Assembly (NCBI GenBank): GCA_965216875.1
Contig: OZ244207.1
Coordinates: 6,144,001 to 6,208,000 of the forward strand
DNA from: Rubripirellula sp.
GTDB taxonomy: Bacteria; Planctomycetota; Planctomycetia; Pirellulales; Pirellulaceae
Direction: 5' to 3'
Length of the DNA: 64,000 nucleotides
Below the pieces are notes generated by a model. That model made no database searches and was not told the DNA's origin. It was given only the letters and a program-made list of their open reading frames with translations. How positions within the stretch are numbered: position 1 is the stretch's first letter; every line of letters starts with the position of its first letter. This document shows, in pieces, positions 1 to 10,750 of this stretch. Position numbers and translations under genes: made by a program.

Positions 1-2
1 CC

Positions 3-845
3 CATCGAAAACTCGCACAACAACATCCAGATGACCCCGATTGGCAATACATTCGTGCTCGCGCTCAAGTCAGCGGCAAAGAACAAGATCTCGACTTTAT
101 CGCAGGAGCAAAGAAATGGCCGCTTCACCCCTGGTTCAATTATGCGGCGGGCAGATCCTATATGCGTCTCTCTGATTGGGAGCGAGCGACGGACTGCTTT
201 GAACTTTGCTCAAGAGAGGGTGGCGCGGCGATGTTCAACCGCGTTGCTGTTTCGGTAGCACGCTTGCGCCGCCAAACCAGTCACAATGAAAATGCAGACC
301 TGAGCGATCTGAAGCGGTCACCCGAAATCGAACTGATGTTGCGATTGGAAAACGGAACCGACTTGGCCGGTTCGCCTTACCGCGCCTACATGCGACTAAA
401 AGAGGGACGACTCTCCGAAGCCTACCGTGTCGCGGGTGGCAAAGATGCCGATGCTCGAATTCTGATCTTGCTCGCGGCATCCAAAGACGCCGAGCCAGAA
501 TGGACTGACCAAGCACTCGCGGTACCTACCGAACAAATCGATGACCCCGCACTCCTTCTGTACTGCATCGCCCTGGCAACCCGCGAGGGCAAGCCAACCG
601 ACAAGCACTTTCAAGCTTTGACAAAACTGTACGAAGGTGAATCAACCAACGTGATCGAGATAGCCCGCAACTTGATGTCGGCTCGACCTTCGGATGACAT
701 TGAATCAACTCTCGAAGGACTTGACCTGCGAGAACGCGGGATGCTCCTCACAGCCGGTATCATTCTGTTCGAAGACACCACACCGCCGCCTTGGCGTCCG
801 TCGTCAAGGCAGATCCTGTTTGTCGCCGAGCGACCGCATCTCTAA
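3..845 (+). CDS. Hypothetical helical (TPR-like) protein, 5'-truncated by the window edge
   Basis: The frame of ORF 162..845 is open back to position 3 (HRKLAQQHPDDPDWQYIRARAQ...). Ala/Leu-rich helical composition; no family recognised. Confidence 0.7.
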   Translation, partial: HRKLAQQHPDDPDWQYIRARAQVSGKEQDLDFIAGAKKWPLHPWFNYAAGRSYMRLSDWERATDCFELCSREGGAAMFNRVAVSVARLRRQTSHNENADLSDLKRSPEIELMLRLENGTDLAGSPYRAYMRLKEGRLSEAYRVAGGKDADARILILLAASKDAEPEWTDQALAVPTEQIDDPALLLYCIALATREGKPTDKHFQALTKLYEGESTNVIEIARNLMSARPSDDIESTLEGLDLRERGMLLTAGIILFEDTTPPPWRPSSRQILFVAERPHL

Positions 846-908
846 GACTCGCGTGTTCCCAGTTCCACCTTTGTCGGCCCCACGAACCGCCCTCACGTTC
901 ACCGCGCC

Positions 909-2453
909 CTACAAGCTCGGCCGAACCTCGTTGCCCGAATCATCAATCGGGTATTGGGCGTCGTGTCGCTCGAGCTGTTCGATCAATCCCGACATCATCC
1001 TTTTCAAGACTTCGGGATGCTTCTTGGCAAGATTCACCGACTCGAAGGGATCATCGGCCAAATTAAACAGCTCGTGGTTGCCACCTTTGAATTGAATGTC
1101 ACCCGTGTTCGTCGGTTTGTCGGGGAGAGCGTGAAAAACCACCTTCCAATCACCGTCGCGCCAACAAGTGAAATAATTGCTTCGGTGGCGGCCATGCGGG
1201 TAGTGCATCAGGAATTGCTCGGGTCGCCCCGGATCCTCTTTTCCGACCATCAATGTGCTTAGATCATAGCCATCAACAACGTGATTTTTTGGCGGCGTCG
1301 CACCGACCAAATTCAACAAGGTCGGAAACAAATCGTTGACCGACGCTACCTGTGATTGGATCTTGCCAGCCGGGATCGGCAGGCTCTTTTGCAGTTTGTT
1401 GTCGCTGTTCGGTTTCGCCCAAGCTGCGATAAAGGGAACTCGCATGCCCCCTTCGTAGTGCGCTCCCTTTTTGCCTCTCAGTGGCGCCGCGCATGCGACT
1501 TGATGTTGTTGTCCAAGGGGTGCGTCGGAACCATTGTCGCCGAGAAAGATCACGAGTGTGTTCTCGGCCACGCCGATGGCCTCGAGATGATCCAGCATGT
1601 CGTCAAGCGACTTGTCCATGCCTTCGATCAATGTCGCGAACGCCTGAGCCTTCGCGGGTTTACCAGAGTCTGTGTAGTGATCGGCAAATCGCGGATCTGA
1701 ATCAAACGGTCCATGAACGGCATAGTGGGCAAAATACAAATAGAACGGATCGCCATGTTCGACCGCTTCGGACACTCGCTCCTTGGCTTCGATGGTCAAT
1801 GCTTCGGAAAGAAACGTGTCGCTGCCGTGATAGGCATCGAGATGGGGAACGGCATGGTGCTCACGTTTGGTTCCCTTGCCATAGTTCTTTTCCCCGTAGT
1901 AACTTCCTGGTGCGCCAAACGACGCGCCGCCAACGTTGACATCGAATCCCAAATTCAGTGGTTCCGCACCTTCGTAATCGTTGGGACCAAAATGACCTTT
2001 GCCAACATGGATGGTTCGGTAGCCCTGCTCGCGTAAGACGCCTGGCAATGTGACGTCACCTTTCTTCAAACCAGCCCAGTTCCAATCTTGCGCGCCATTT
2101 GTACCCGCGTTGTTGGTTCGGGGGTTGATCCAGTTGGTGGCATGATGTCGCGCTGCATTTTGACCAGTCATGATCGAAATACGCGTCGGCGAACAAACAC
2201 TCATCGCATAAAACTGATTGAAGCGAATCCCCTGCTCTGCCAATCGCTGCATCCCTGGAGTGCGGTAGTAGTCATTCAGCGGGTATCGCTTTGGCGAACC
2301 ACTTTCGTCGGTAAGAAATGGCACCGAAGTATCCATCATTCCCATGTCGTCAATAAGAAAGACGACGACGTTGGGAGTTTCGGCAGCAGAAAGGTGACCG
2401 GGGGATCCTTGGACCAGTGTCGCAACCAGAATTGCGAAAAAGAGTCGTTGCAT
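909..2453 (-). CDS. Sulfatase (formylglycine-dependent), secreted
   Basis: Signal peptide MQRLFFAILVATLV, PNVVVFLIDDMG, catalytic CSPTR, GKGH, DNG and KGAHYEGGMRVP motifs. Start trimmed to ATG 2453. Confidence 0.95.
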   Translation of the reverse strand: MQRLFFAILVATLVQGSPGHLSAAETPNVVVFLIDDMGMMDTSVPFLTDESGSPKRYPLNDYYRTPGMQRLAEQGIRFNQFYAMSVCSPTRISIMTGQNAARHHATNWINPRTNNAGTNGAQDWNWAGLKKGDVTLPGVLREQGYRTIHVGKGHFGPNDYEGAEPLNLGFDVNVGGASFGAPGSYYGEKNYGKGTKREHHAVPHLDAYHGSDTFLSEALTIEAKERVSEAVEHGDPFYLYFAHYAVHGPFDSDPRFADHYTDSGKPAKAQAFATLIEGMDKSLDDMLDHLEAIGVAENTLVIFLGDNGSDAPLGQQHQVACAAPLRGKKGAHYEGGMRVPFIAAWAKPNSDNKLQKSLPIPAGKIQSQVASVNDLFPTLLNLVGATPPKNHVVDGYDLSTLMVGKEDPGRPEQFLMHYPHGRHRSNYFTCWRDGDWKVVFHALPDKPTNTGDIQFKGGNHELFNLADDPFESVNLAKKHPEVLKRMMSGLIEQLERHDAQYPIDDSGNEVRPSL

Positions 2454-2535
2454 GGCAGTTTTCTCGTGGTGGTGGCGTGACTTCCAAGTGAACCTCAACT
2501 TGGATGAACCCCACCATGATAACCTCAGCAACAGG

Positions 2536-5526
2536 TCAAAATGAGGCGTTGTACAGACCCGCGTCGTACAAACCTTGCCCCTGAACACAGACATAGTGGT
2601 GTCCCGGCTCGAGCGGAGGCAACGTTTGAGTTTGGCCGTTTGCCCATTGCACCGTCGTTTCCTTCGCATTCGGTGCATCGCCAAATGCGAACACCAGCAT
2701 CCTTGGTGTAGAAACCTGGTATCCATTGCCGCCCAACAGCTGTTTGCTGATAACCGCGATCCCCTGGTCCGTCTCAAGGCTTAGCGAAACGATCGATCCC
2801 ACGGCGCTGCGTTCGCTCGTCTTTCCGACAAGCTGCAACGTAGCGATCGGATGCGTGACCTGCGTTTCGTTCACGACGAGTGATGGGGGCTCGGTCATGT
2901 GGGTGACCAATAGATCGAGTCGGCCGTCTCGATTCGCATCCATTGGAATCAAGCAGCGGCCCACGTGCGATTGTTGAAAGTAGTCCGTGTCTCGCTCGAC
3001 AACCTTGATCGCTTCGTACACCCCTGTCTTCGATTCACGCCACAAATCTGCCGGCTGGGCATAGGGAGCACCGCTCGCACTGCCACCGCTGACATGACCA
3101 TTGGTGACGAACAATTCCGAGAACCCGTCGTTGTCAAAGTCGATCGCCTTGGCGGCGAACCCGACGCGATTCATTGTCGGCGTCACCAATCGCGCTCGTG
3201 TGGTTTGATCGACCCAAAGCCCTGGCGTCTCTTGCCGGTAGAGAACGTGATACTCATCTTCAAAGCCGGTCACGAAAAAGTCGAGATCGCCATCATGATC
3301 GAAGTCGTCGGCCGCCATCCCCATCGAAGCCTGGGTCCGCCCGCGGCCGTCCACGGCCAGACCGCTCAAGAAACTCTGGTCGACGAATTCAAACGTCGCG
3401 CGGTCGCTCTGCTTTGGCGAGACCAAGACGACATTAGACGACATGTCATTGGCGACAAATAAGCCCATGTCGCTTCCATTCAATCGTCCGGCAAGCACCG
3501 CAAGACTTCGCCCTGGTTCGGGATCGGCCCTCCAACTTTCCGTGACGTCCTCGAACGATCCATCAGGCATTCCTGCATAGCAGCGGTTTGCGGCTGCAGA
3601 AAAATCGAGTGGTGAACAGGGCGCGGGCTTGCCCGAGGAATCAAAACAGACCTTGGCGACTTGATCGTCATCGTCGATGTAGTTGCAAACGAACAGGTCA
3701 AGGTAACCGTCGCCGTTGAAATCGGCCCACGCCCCACTCGTACTCCATTGCGGCGATGAAAGTGCGGACGTGCCAACCACCCGTTGAAAGGTCCCGTCGC
3801 CATTGTTTCGGTAGAGTCGGTTTTCGCCGAAATTCAAAACGTAGACATCGTCAAATCCATCTTGGTTGTAGTCGGCAACCGCAACGCCTTGGCCAAACCC
3901 CGAATCACTCAATCCACTTAGCCGAGTCACGTCGGCTAGCCGCGTGTCGGTCATGCGCAGCAGTGCACCTTGATCACTGTTGTTTTCGTTGATCGTGCCA
4001 CCAGCGGCTGCCAGATACAGATCGGTCTGACCGTCGAGATCAAAGTCCAAAGCACCCGCGCCGCAACCGAGTGAATCGGACAGTGGCACCATCGGCCCGA
4101 ATCGAAGCGGGCCAGTATGCCCGTTGTAGGTGAGCCCAAACTCTTCACTCGATTCGCGAAGCTGGACCGGTTCCTCGCGGGATCGAACCAGGGCTTCGCG
4201 TGTTTCCGGCACCGTGCGAAGCGATTTCGAGACCTGGATTCTCGGCATCGGTAGCAAGTCATCCACTTCCGATTGCCAAGGCGTATCCAAAGACAGACTT
4301 GCAACAATCGCCTTTCGCGTTGCGTCAAACTTTCCGAGCGTTTCTTCGTCAACGCCAGAAGCCTCTACCAACGCGACCGCAACGGCCGACCATGCCTCGG
4401 CTTCCCAACGACGCCCAAGTCGGTCAAGAGTGCGCGCGACTGCCATCGCCTTGATCGGGTCATCATGCCCATCGTGCGAGAAGCTCGTTGCCTCGACCAA
4501 GAGCTTCGCCAACTGCTCTCTTCGATCCTCAAGCGACTTGAGAGTTCGTGTGACCTGTTCGTGCTCATCGACGTCGGCGTCCATCTGTTTCAATAGCATC
4601 GTCATCTCAGCCAACAACGTGGGATCGTTCGGTCGAAACTCGATGGCTTTGGCGGTGGCCTCGACTGACAAGGCAAGCTGCTGGCGTTCTTGGTAGTAAC
4701 GACTCAGGGCGAAGTAGCCGTCCGCGGACAGTTCCGTTTGGCCAATGGACTTGCGCCACTTGGCAAGTTGCTTTTCTTGCCCCAGCATGGCCAGCGACCG
4801 ACCATACAAACCGCTTGCCGGCTTGAATTGAGGATGCTGATCGACAATCGGCTTGGTAATTCTCACTGTCTGTTCGAAATCGACCGCATCAAACGCAACC
4901 GCTGCTTCGGCAATCTTCAGACGCAAATCGCCAGGGTTTCGATTTGAGAGTTCGTTCATTTGTTCGACCGAAAAGCGCCGTCCCGGCAAGACAACCGTCT
5001 CGAGTAGAAACACGTCGAACTTTCGAGCTCGAATGAGCGGCAAGAGATGCGTTGGGATCTCGTCGGTCATCTGTGCCTCACCCAGAAACCCGATCAGTGT
5101 GCGGCGCAGCGCCACATCGTCCGGGCTCTGTTCGATCGCGGCTTGCAGCAGCTCAATCGATTCAAAAAGTCTCCCAACTTCCAAATTGGCTCGGATCGCA
5201 AGATTGATCGTCGAGGCATCCTTGCAACCCTCATGCACTGCACTGCAAAGCATCTCGGCCGCTTTCTCACTCTGCCCCTGTTTTCCGTAGACGAACGCAG
5301 CCGTATGCAGGTAGCTCACGTTGTCGGGATCTTGGATAAGCATCGCCTCGACGATCCTTTCCGCTCGTACATAGTCTTGTTGATTGACGGCTTTGTTGAG
5401 CAGCACCGCCGATGCCTGACTCTCTTCGACGGCAACCGAATCCGGTTCTTGGTGGCCCAGATCCTTGGTTGCACAGCCACCGATCAACGATGCGAGGGCG
5501 ATCACGAGTGGTCTGACGCGCTTCAT
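2536..5526 (-). CDS. TPR + FG-GAP repeat + ASPIC/UnbV (CRTAC1-family) lipoprotein
   Basis: Lipobox LIGGC, helical N-terminal half, repeated DFDxDGxxD Ca-binding motifs, C-terminal GGNGYQ...FGD...VQW. ATG 5526 overlaps the upstream stop (ATGA). Confidence 0.9.
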   Translation of the reverse strand: MKRVRPLVIALASLIGGCATKDLGHQEPDSVAVEESQASAVLLNKAVNQQDYVRAERIVEAMLIQDPDNVSYLHTAAFVYGKQGQSEKAAEMLCSAVHEGCKDASTINLAIRANLEVGRLFESIELLQAAIEQSPDDVALRRTLIGFLGEAQMTDEIPTHLLPLIRARKFDVFLLETVVLPGRRFSVEQMNELSNRNPGDLRLKIAEAAVAFDAVDFEQTVRITKPIVDQHPQFKPASGLYGRSLAMLGQEKQLAKWRKSIGQTELSADGYFALSRYYQERQQLALSVEATAKAIEFRPNDPTLLAEMTMLLKQMDADVDEHEQVTRTLKSLEDRREQLAKLLVEATSFSHDGHDDPIKAMAVARTLDRLGRRWEAEAWSAVAVALVEASGVDEETLGKFDATRKAIVASLSLDTPWQSEVDDLLPMPRIQVSKSLRTVPETREALVRSREEPVQLRESSEEFGLTYNGHTGPLRFGPMVPLSDSLGCGAGALDFDLDGQTDLYLAAAGGTINENNSDQGALLRMTDTRLADVTRLSGLSDSGFGQGVAVADYNQDGFDDVYVLNFGENRLYRNNGDGTFQRVVGTSALSSPQWSTSGAWADFNGDGYLDLFVCNYIDDDDQVAKVCFDSSGKPAPCSPLDFSAAANRCYAGMPDGSFEDVTESWRADPEPGRSLAVLAGRLNGSDMGLFVANDMSSNVVLVSPKQSDRATFEFVDQSFLSGLAVDGRGRTQASMGMAADDFDHDGDLDFFVTGFEDEYHVLYRQETPGLWVDQTTRARLVTPTMNRVGFAAKAIDFDNDGFSELFVTNGHVSGGSASGAPYAQPADLWRESKTGVYEAIKVVERDTDYFQQSHVGRCLIPMDANRDGRLDLLVTHMTEPPSLVVNETQVTHPIATLQLVGKTSERSAVGSIVSLSLETDQGIAVISKQLLGGNGYQVSTPRMLVFAFGDAPNAKETTVQWANGQTQTLPPLEPGHHYVCVQGQGLYDAGLYNASF

Positions 5527-8369
5527 TGCTGTTTCTCCTCGAAGAACCATGGTTCCTCTTCACCCTCAACCACCAACAGGTTTGCCGTTGCTGGCAACCC
5601 CGAGAACGTTTGCACGTATCGACCGTCTGCACCAACTCGGGTTGGCCACGTGATCGTCACATCGACCAGGCCATCGAATCCTCCAAAACGAATCACCGGC
5701 TCGTTGCGTCCCAGATACCCGCCGCCGCCGATCACAAGGGCTGCTGTTTCCTTTTGGCTCGAACGAACCACCACCTTTGTTCCGATCGCTGACCGCTCCG
5801 ATTCGCTTCCAACCATCGCGACGGAAAGTTGATTCCCAACGGGATCCGACTCGTTGCGAAAAATGCGTGTTGGTTCGAGCGCGTCGGTGATCACTACATC
5901 CGTTCGGCGGTCGGCATCAAAGTCGGCGATCGCGACCGCGCGACCAAGATGGCTGTCGCTCCAATACGAATCACCAAGATCGCTCACCTCGGCGTACTTG
6001 CCCGTTGGAGCCAACCGCAACACCTGTGTTGGCATTCGAAACGGCTTCGTCGGGTCGTCAAAGTCCTCGATGTGTCCGTTGGCGATGATGAGTTCGGAAA
6101 ACGAGTCGTTGTTAAGGTCGACCGCTTGGCAGCCAAAACCAACCATGGCCGCAGTCGCATCAGCGATCCCCGACGCAACCGATCGATCGGCGAATTGCCC
6201 CGGCCGCTGTTGCAAATAGTGGTTCGACCATTCATCGGAAAAGTTGGTGACGTGAAGATCCGCCAAACCGTTCGCATCAAAATCGTCAACCGCGACCCCC
6301 ATCGAAGCCAAAGGGCGGCCACTCGAACCAAAGGCGAGGCCTCGGATGGTCGCCGTGTCCAAAAAGGCTTCGCCTTCCGAAAGACTCCACAGTTGGTTTG
6401 CCATCTGGTCGTTGGTAATGAAGATTTCGTTCGATCCGTTGCCAAGCAAGTCGGTAACCACCACACCCATTCCCGTGCTCGCCTCTGAAAGCTCATGCGT
6501 GAAAACAGAACCATTGGGCAAGCACTGGTGGATGCGATCCGAACCAGGTTGAAAGTGCGTTGGTGCGGGCAGATTGATCGGTGCACCGTCCTCTGCAAAT
6601 CGAATCGCTTCAAACACGTTTTTGTCAGCGACGTAATTCACCTCAATCACCTCTGGCAGTGCATCGCCATGAACATCGGCCATGGCCAGCGATAGAGTGA
6701 CCGTGTCACCACCTTGCTTGAGCATTGGCCCAGGCTGAAAGGTTCCATCGCCTTGATTGATCCAGATTTGGTTCGACCCGATGTTGCCAACGACGATGTC
6801 TTCCCAACCATCCTGGTTCCAATCACCGGCTGTCGCACCGTGACCATAAGCCGATTCGTTGATCCCACAGGACTGCGAAACATCAGCAAAACGAATCGTG
6901 CCCCGACTCTGATTCCGAAACAAGCGATCGCTCTGCTTCGACGGCGTCTTGTGCGGATCACCACCGGCTTGAACGAGAAACAGATCCACTTTGCCATCGC
7001 GATCAAAATCGGTCACAACCGCACCGCCACCCAGGGGTTCAAAAAGCCGAAAGTGTTTTTCCCGGGGCTGATCGTGGTTTTTCCACGTAAACCGCACTCC
7101 CGCAGATTCGCTTACGTCTCGCAGGCGAAGGCGTGTTTGCGATGGAGACCTTTCTGAACTGTTCCGAATCGGTTTGGCGCTCGCCGATTGTTCGGCCTCG
7201 ATGGTGATCGAGTGGACCAGCCGATCCGCAAGTGCGTGCGTTGCCTCCTGATCAAGCGGCCCCAAAATCTGGTTCCAATCGTAGCCATCCTCAAACCGCC
7301 GAAGCAGGCTTGTGCGCGCTGCCTCGAGTTGTGGCAACTGCGTGTTCGATGCAGACGTTTGCGAAACGTACAACATTTGCCATCCAATCGACTCGATGGG
7401 TCGACCACTTTGGTTCAACGTTTCGGCAAGCTTCCCAATCAGTCGGCTTGGATCGACCGACTGACCTGCGATGTCGTTGACAAGCGATTGAATGGTCAGA
7501 ATGTGCTCGGCTGTGTCGCTCAGCTTCGCCCGAAGTGAAACCTCAGCTGAATCATGTAGCACCGACTCGGCGGCCCGGCACGCTTCGAGGTGATTGGGTT
7601 CCAGACGCAGAGCCATGCGGTAGAAGTCGGCCGCCTCCCGCTTTGAAAAGGGAGCATCATGCGATGTGTGATGGACTGCAAGATTGCCCGCGGCAACCCA
7701 ATACGATGGGAATCGCCGACATTCGCGGGGAAGATCTTTGAAGAGCTTGGCCAGGTCTTCGTTGCGTTGGCAACGGGAAAGCAGCCAAGCAATCGTCGCC
7801 AAAGTCTCAGGATCGCCGCGTCGAAATTGCTCGCAAGTTCGTGCTTGGTCAATCGCTCCGCAAGCATCGCCATGCATCTGAAGCGCGTACAGGATATTCA
7901 GTAAACCGTAGCGATTCACCGTCGCTCGATCACCGATGTCGGGCTTGTCCGCGAAGTCGACACCGGGGCGCGTGGGGTGAGTGATTCCGACCAAGTGTTT
8001 CAGTTGTGGAATGCTCGATAGAAGTGAGTCCCGAACCAAACGATTCCCACTTTGCCGCAGCCCGACGCGATCGCAGAACCGAATACGACTGGCCGCGTCC
8101 GCTTTACTGCTGTCACGCTGCGAAAACCGCTCAATCGCCTCGGCGTGGTGTCCCGACTCGAATAGCGCCTTTGGTGTCGCGTTCTTACTTGCTGCGCCGG
8201 CTGGTGATACCGATGCGACTGGCTGGCGTTGCTTCGAATGGACGTCGGCCGTCTCGCGGGTCGGATTGCACCCGGCGGATGCCAGGCCGAGGGCAATCAG
8301 GAGACAACAACGCTTCAAATGACTGGCAGCGGAGTTGAACAAAATGGGTGCGGTCGCAAGCACGTTCAT
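5523..8369 (-). CDS. TPR + FG-GAP repeat + ASPIC/UnbV (CRTAC1-family) protein
   Basis: Lipobox-like ASAGC; DFDRDGKVD, DWNQDGWED and DFDANGLAD repeats; C-terminal GGGYLG...IRFG...ITWP. Paralog of the downstream gene. Confidence 0.9.
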   Translation of the reverse strand: MNVLATAPILFNSAASHLKRCCLLIALGLASAGCNPTRETADVHSKQRQPVASVSPAGAASKNATPKALFESGHHAEAIERFSQRDSSKADAASRIRFCDRVGLRQSGNRLVRDSLLSSIPQLKHLVGITHPTRPGVDFADKPDIGDRATVNRYGLLNILYALQMHGDACGAIDQARTCEQFRRGDPETLATIAWLLSRCQRNEDLAKLFKDLPRECRRFPSYWVAAGNLAVHHTSHDAPFSKREAADFYRMALRLEPNHLEACRAAESVLHDSAEVSLRAKLSDTAEHILTIQSLVNDIAGQSVDPSRLIGKLAETLNQSGRPIESIGWQMLYVSQTSASNTQLPQLEAARTSLLRRFEDGYDWNQILGPLDQEATHALADRLVHSITIEAEQSASAKPIRNSSERSPSQTRLRLRDVSESAGVRFTWKNHDQPREKHFRLFEPLGGGAVVTDFDRDGKVDLFLVQAGGDPHKTPSKQSDRLFRNQSRGTIRFADVSQSCGINESAYGHGATAGDWNQDGWEDIVVGNIGSNQIWINQGDGTFQPGPMLKQGGDTVTLSLAMADVHGDALPEVIEVNYVADKNVFEAIRFAEDGAPINLPAPTHFQPGSDRIHQCLPNGSVFTHELSEASTGMGVVVTDLLGNGSNEIFITNDQMANQLWSLSEGEAFLDTATIRGLAFGSSGRPLASMGVAVDDFDANGLADLHVTNFSDEWSNHYLQQRPGQFADRSVASGIADATAAMVGFGCQAVDLNNDSFSELIIANGHIEDFDDPTKPFRMPTQVLRLAPTGKYAEVSDLGDSYWSDSHLGRAVAIADFDADRRTDVVITDALEPTRIFRNESDPVGNQLSVAMVGSESERSAIGTKVVVRSSQKETAALVIGGGGYLGRNEPVIRFGGFDGLVDVTITWPTRVGADGRYVQTFSGLPATANLLVVEGEEEPWFFEEKQQ

Positions 8370-8379
8370 TTGGTTCAGA

Positions 8380-9288
8380 TCAATCGGTTTGTTTGTCAGG
8401 TTCCAACTTCCAAGTCACAAACATTTTGAGATCCTGGCCCGGATCAAGCTCGACAAAGCTGCCCTGGTTTTCGACCTCGGCGAACCTGGAATCGGGGGCA
8501 AGATAAATTTCGATCGCAGCTTGATTGGGCGCAACGCGATCTGGCATCTTTCTCGTCGTCGTCAGCACCAGTCCGTTGTTGCGATACCGACTCCAAAGAA
8601 TGCCGTCGCGAGGTGATGGTGGCGTGTAGAAGACTTTTTGCGCGTTTGGTTGCTTCTGATTGAAAGGAATACGCAGCGTCGCGCCGACTTTCTCGGTCAC
8701 GGCGCCGCGCGAGTTGTCTCGAAAACGAAACGTACCGCCACTAGGAAATTCGACCTGCCCGGACCAATCAACTCGAATGTTCTCCCACAGCGCGACGGCA
8801 CACGAGCGGTCGCCTTGATTGACCACCTGATAGGTCATTCGCAATTGTGGCAATTCACCCGGATCGTTCTCGAAGCGTGCCTCCTTGAACATTTGCAGTC
8901 GGGTTCGCGGATCGACACGACTAGCCAGTTTGATGTTCCGTTGACCATGCGCAACGACTTCAAATGCATCTTTGTCAAAGGTGTCGATCGGAGGCCATCC
9001 CCAGTCTTCCTGCGGGCTGGTCCAGAGCGTGCTGCCCCAATGCCAATTGTTTGCATCACGCTCTACACGCAGCGCTTCTTTACCGTCCAATGTGAACGAA
9101 GCAAATCGTCCGCCAAGGGTTGGATCCACCGAAAGCTTCAGCGGCCCCGAAGAAATTGACAGATACTGATCGCCTTGCTCTCGCTTGTCATCAGCTGCGA
9201 CCGGAGACGACAAGACAATCACAAGAGCGACCAGTAACTGCCATAGCTTCAAGGATTTTTTTACGATCGACACGTCAGGCAACCTCAA
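8380..9288 (-). CDS. Secreted protein, DUF4380/galactose mutarotase-like
   Basis: Signal peptide; LGGRFASFTLDG, WGSTLWTSPQEDWGWPP and C-terminal EVENQG...L.PG motifs. Start overlaps the upstream stop. Confidence 0.65.
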   Translation of the reverse strand: MRLPDVSIVKKSLKLWQLLVALVIVLSSPVAADDKREQGDQYLSISSGPLKLSVDPTLGGRFASFTLDGKEALRVERDANNWHWGSTLWTSPQEDWGWPPIDTFDKDAFEVVAHGQRNIKLASRVDPRTRLQMFKEARFENDPGELPQLRMTYQVVNQGDRSCAVALWENIRVDWSGQVEFPSGGTFRFRDNSRGAVTEKVGATLRIPFNQKQPNAQKVFYTPPSPRDGILWSRYRNNGLVLTTTRKMPDRVAPNQAAIEIYLAPDSRFAEVENQGSFVELDPGQDLKMFVTWKLEPDKQTD

Positions 9289-10640
9289 GCCATCGCCGGA
9301 TGGGTGTAGGGTTTGCGGTAGGGACGCATCAGCATCTCGGTCGCCTCATCATCGCCAACGATCGTATGGGTGCTCGGATCGAACTGCAGTGTTCTTCCCA
9401 ATGCCATTGCGTTGTTGGCCATGATGCACGACGCACTGCTGATGTGGCCTTCTTCGATATCAGCGATGGGTTTGTCACGCTGATCGACGGCATCGAGAAA
9501 GTCTCGCATGTGTTGGCGAATTGCCGGCGCGACCTTGACGTCCATTCGCCATTTCTCGCGATCGCCTTGGTCACTGGGGAATTGATCGAACTCGGCGATC
9601 GCCTCGCCAGTCAAATTTGGACCGCCACCGCGCGGCGAAAACTCATATCGATCAACACTCAGTTTCAGCGTGCCTTTGTCACCGTAGATGAACGCGGCCC
9701 AAGGAAAACGAGGGTCCGGAGGATCGCCCCAACTACGGTGCGTCCAAACCACTTTGAGTTTTTCGAAGTCAAAGACAGCAGTTTGCGTATCAGTGATATT
9801 TGCCTTCGACGCGTGGTCGACAAGGATGCCGCCGGAACTGCTGATGCGTGTTGGCCAACCGAGCCCCAGTTGCCAACGCACCATGTCCAACATGTGAACA
9901 CACATGTCGCCAACGATCCCGTTGCCGTATTCCATGAATGCGCGCCACGATCGTGGGTGCACAAGCGAATTGTAGGGGCGCATCGGCGCCGGTCCCGTCC
10001 AGGCTTCGTAATCAAAGTGGGCTGGCGGATTCGATTGTGGTGGGTTCGCTCGCGCCCGCATGTGGTAGTAGCAACAGATGTCGACGTGCGCGATGTTGCC
10101 AAGCAACCCTGCGTCGACGATCTTTTCCTTTGCCTCCATCAAGTGAGGCGTACTACGGCGTTGAGTCCCAACCTGAACAACGCGCCCCGTTTTCCGAGCC
10201 GCGTCGAGCATCGCTTTGCTCTCCAACACATCGACACCGGTTGGCTTTTGGACGTAAACGTCGGCTCCCGCGTTGACTGCATCGATGGTCGGCAAAGCAT
10301 GCCAATGATCGGGAGTTCCGATGACGACGATGTCGAGATCTTTTTCAGCCAACATTTCTTTGTAGTTGGCGTAAGTTCGCGGACGTTCTTTGCTGACTTG
10401 ACGCTGCGAAAACAAATCGGCAGCCTCGGCGAGCATTTTTGCATCGACGTCGCACAACGAAACAACGTTGACGCGTTCGACATTCAGAAGCTGAAGCAAG
10501 TCGCACTTGCCATACCATCCACATCCAATCAGCCCCACTCGGCGAGCGGCCCCGGATGTGACGTTTGCGTGAGCCGAGCGACTGACCGCCGCGATCGATG
10601 CGGCTGCTGCAGATGAACGAATGAAATTTCGGCGATCCAT
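9285..10640 (-). CDS. Gfo/Idh/MocA oxidoreductase, Tat-exported
   Basis: Tat signal MDRRNFIRSSAAAA, Rossmann VGLIGCGWYG, GTPDHWH, VYVQKP, QVGTQRRS. Start trimmed to ATG 10640. Confidence 0.95.
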   Translation of the reverse strand: MDRRNFIRSSAAAASIAAVSRSAHANVTSGAARRVGLIGCGWYGKCDLLQLLNVERVNVVSLCDVDAKMLAEAADLFSQRQVSKERPRTYANYKEMLAEKDLDIVVIGTPDHWHALPTIDAVNAGADVYVQKPTGVDVLESKAMLDAARKTGRVVQVGTQRRSTPHLMEAKEKIVDAGLLGNIAHVDICCYYHMRARANPPQSNPPAHFDYEAWTGPAPMRPYNSLVHPRSWRAFMEYGNGIVGDMCVHMLDMVRWQLGLGWPTRISSSGGILVDHASKANITDTQTAVFDFEKLKVVWTHRSWGDPPDPRFPWAAFIYGDKGTLKLSVDRYEFSPRGGGPNLTGEAIAEFDQFPSDQGDREKWRMDVKVAPAIRQHMRDFLDAVDQRDKPIADIEEGHISSASCIMANNAMALGRTLQFDPSTHTIVGDDEATEMLMRPYRKPYTHPAMA

Positions 10641-10699
10641 GGTGTGCAATTCGTTTGATGAACTCGTAATGAAGCGTTCTGCCCGTACTTTGGATCGAC

Positions 10700-10725
10700 G
10701 CCCCTTCGGTCTAGACCGAAGGGGC
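10700..10725. terminator. Perfect 26-bp palindrome after the DUF1559 gene (terminator or mRNA-stabilising stem)
   Basis: GCCCCTTCGGTCTAGACCGAAGGGGC is its own reverse complement; it starts 25 nt past the DUF1559 stop. No clear U-tract. Confidence 0.5.
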
Positions 10726-10750
10726 ATCGCTAACTCCAAACCAATCTCCG

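Noticed and set aside
9120..10616. 498-aa plus-strand ORF
   Set aside because: Antisense shadow of the Gfo/Idh/MocA gene; no recognisable motifs. Long shadow ORFs are common in GC-rich coding DNA.
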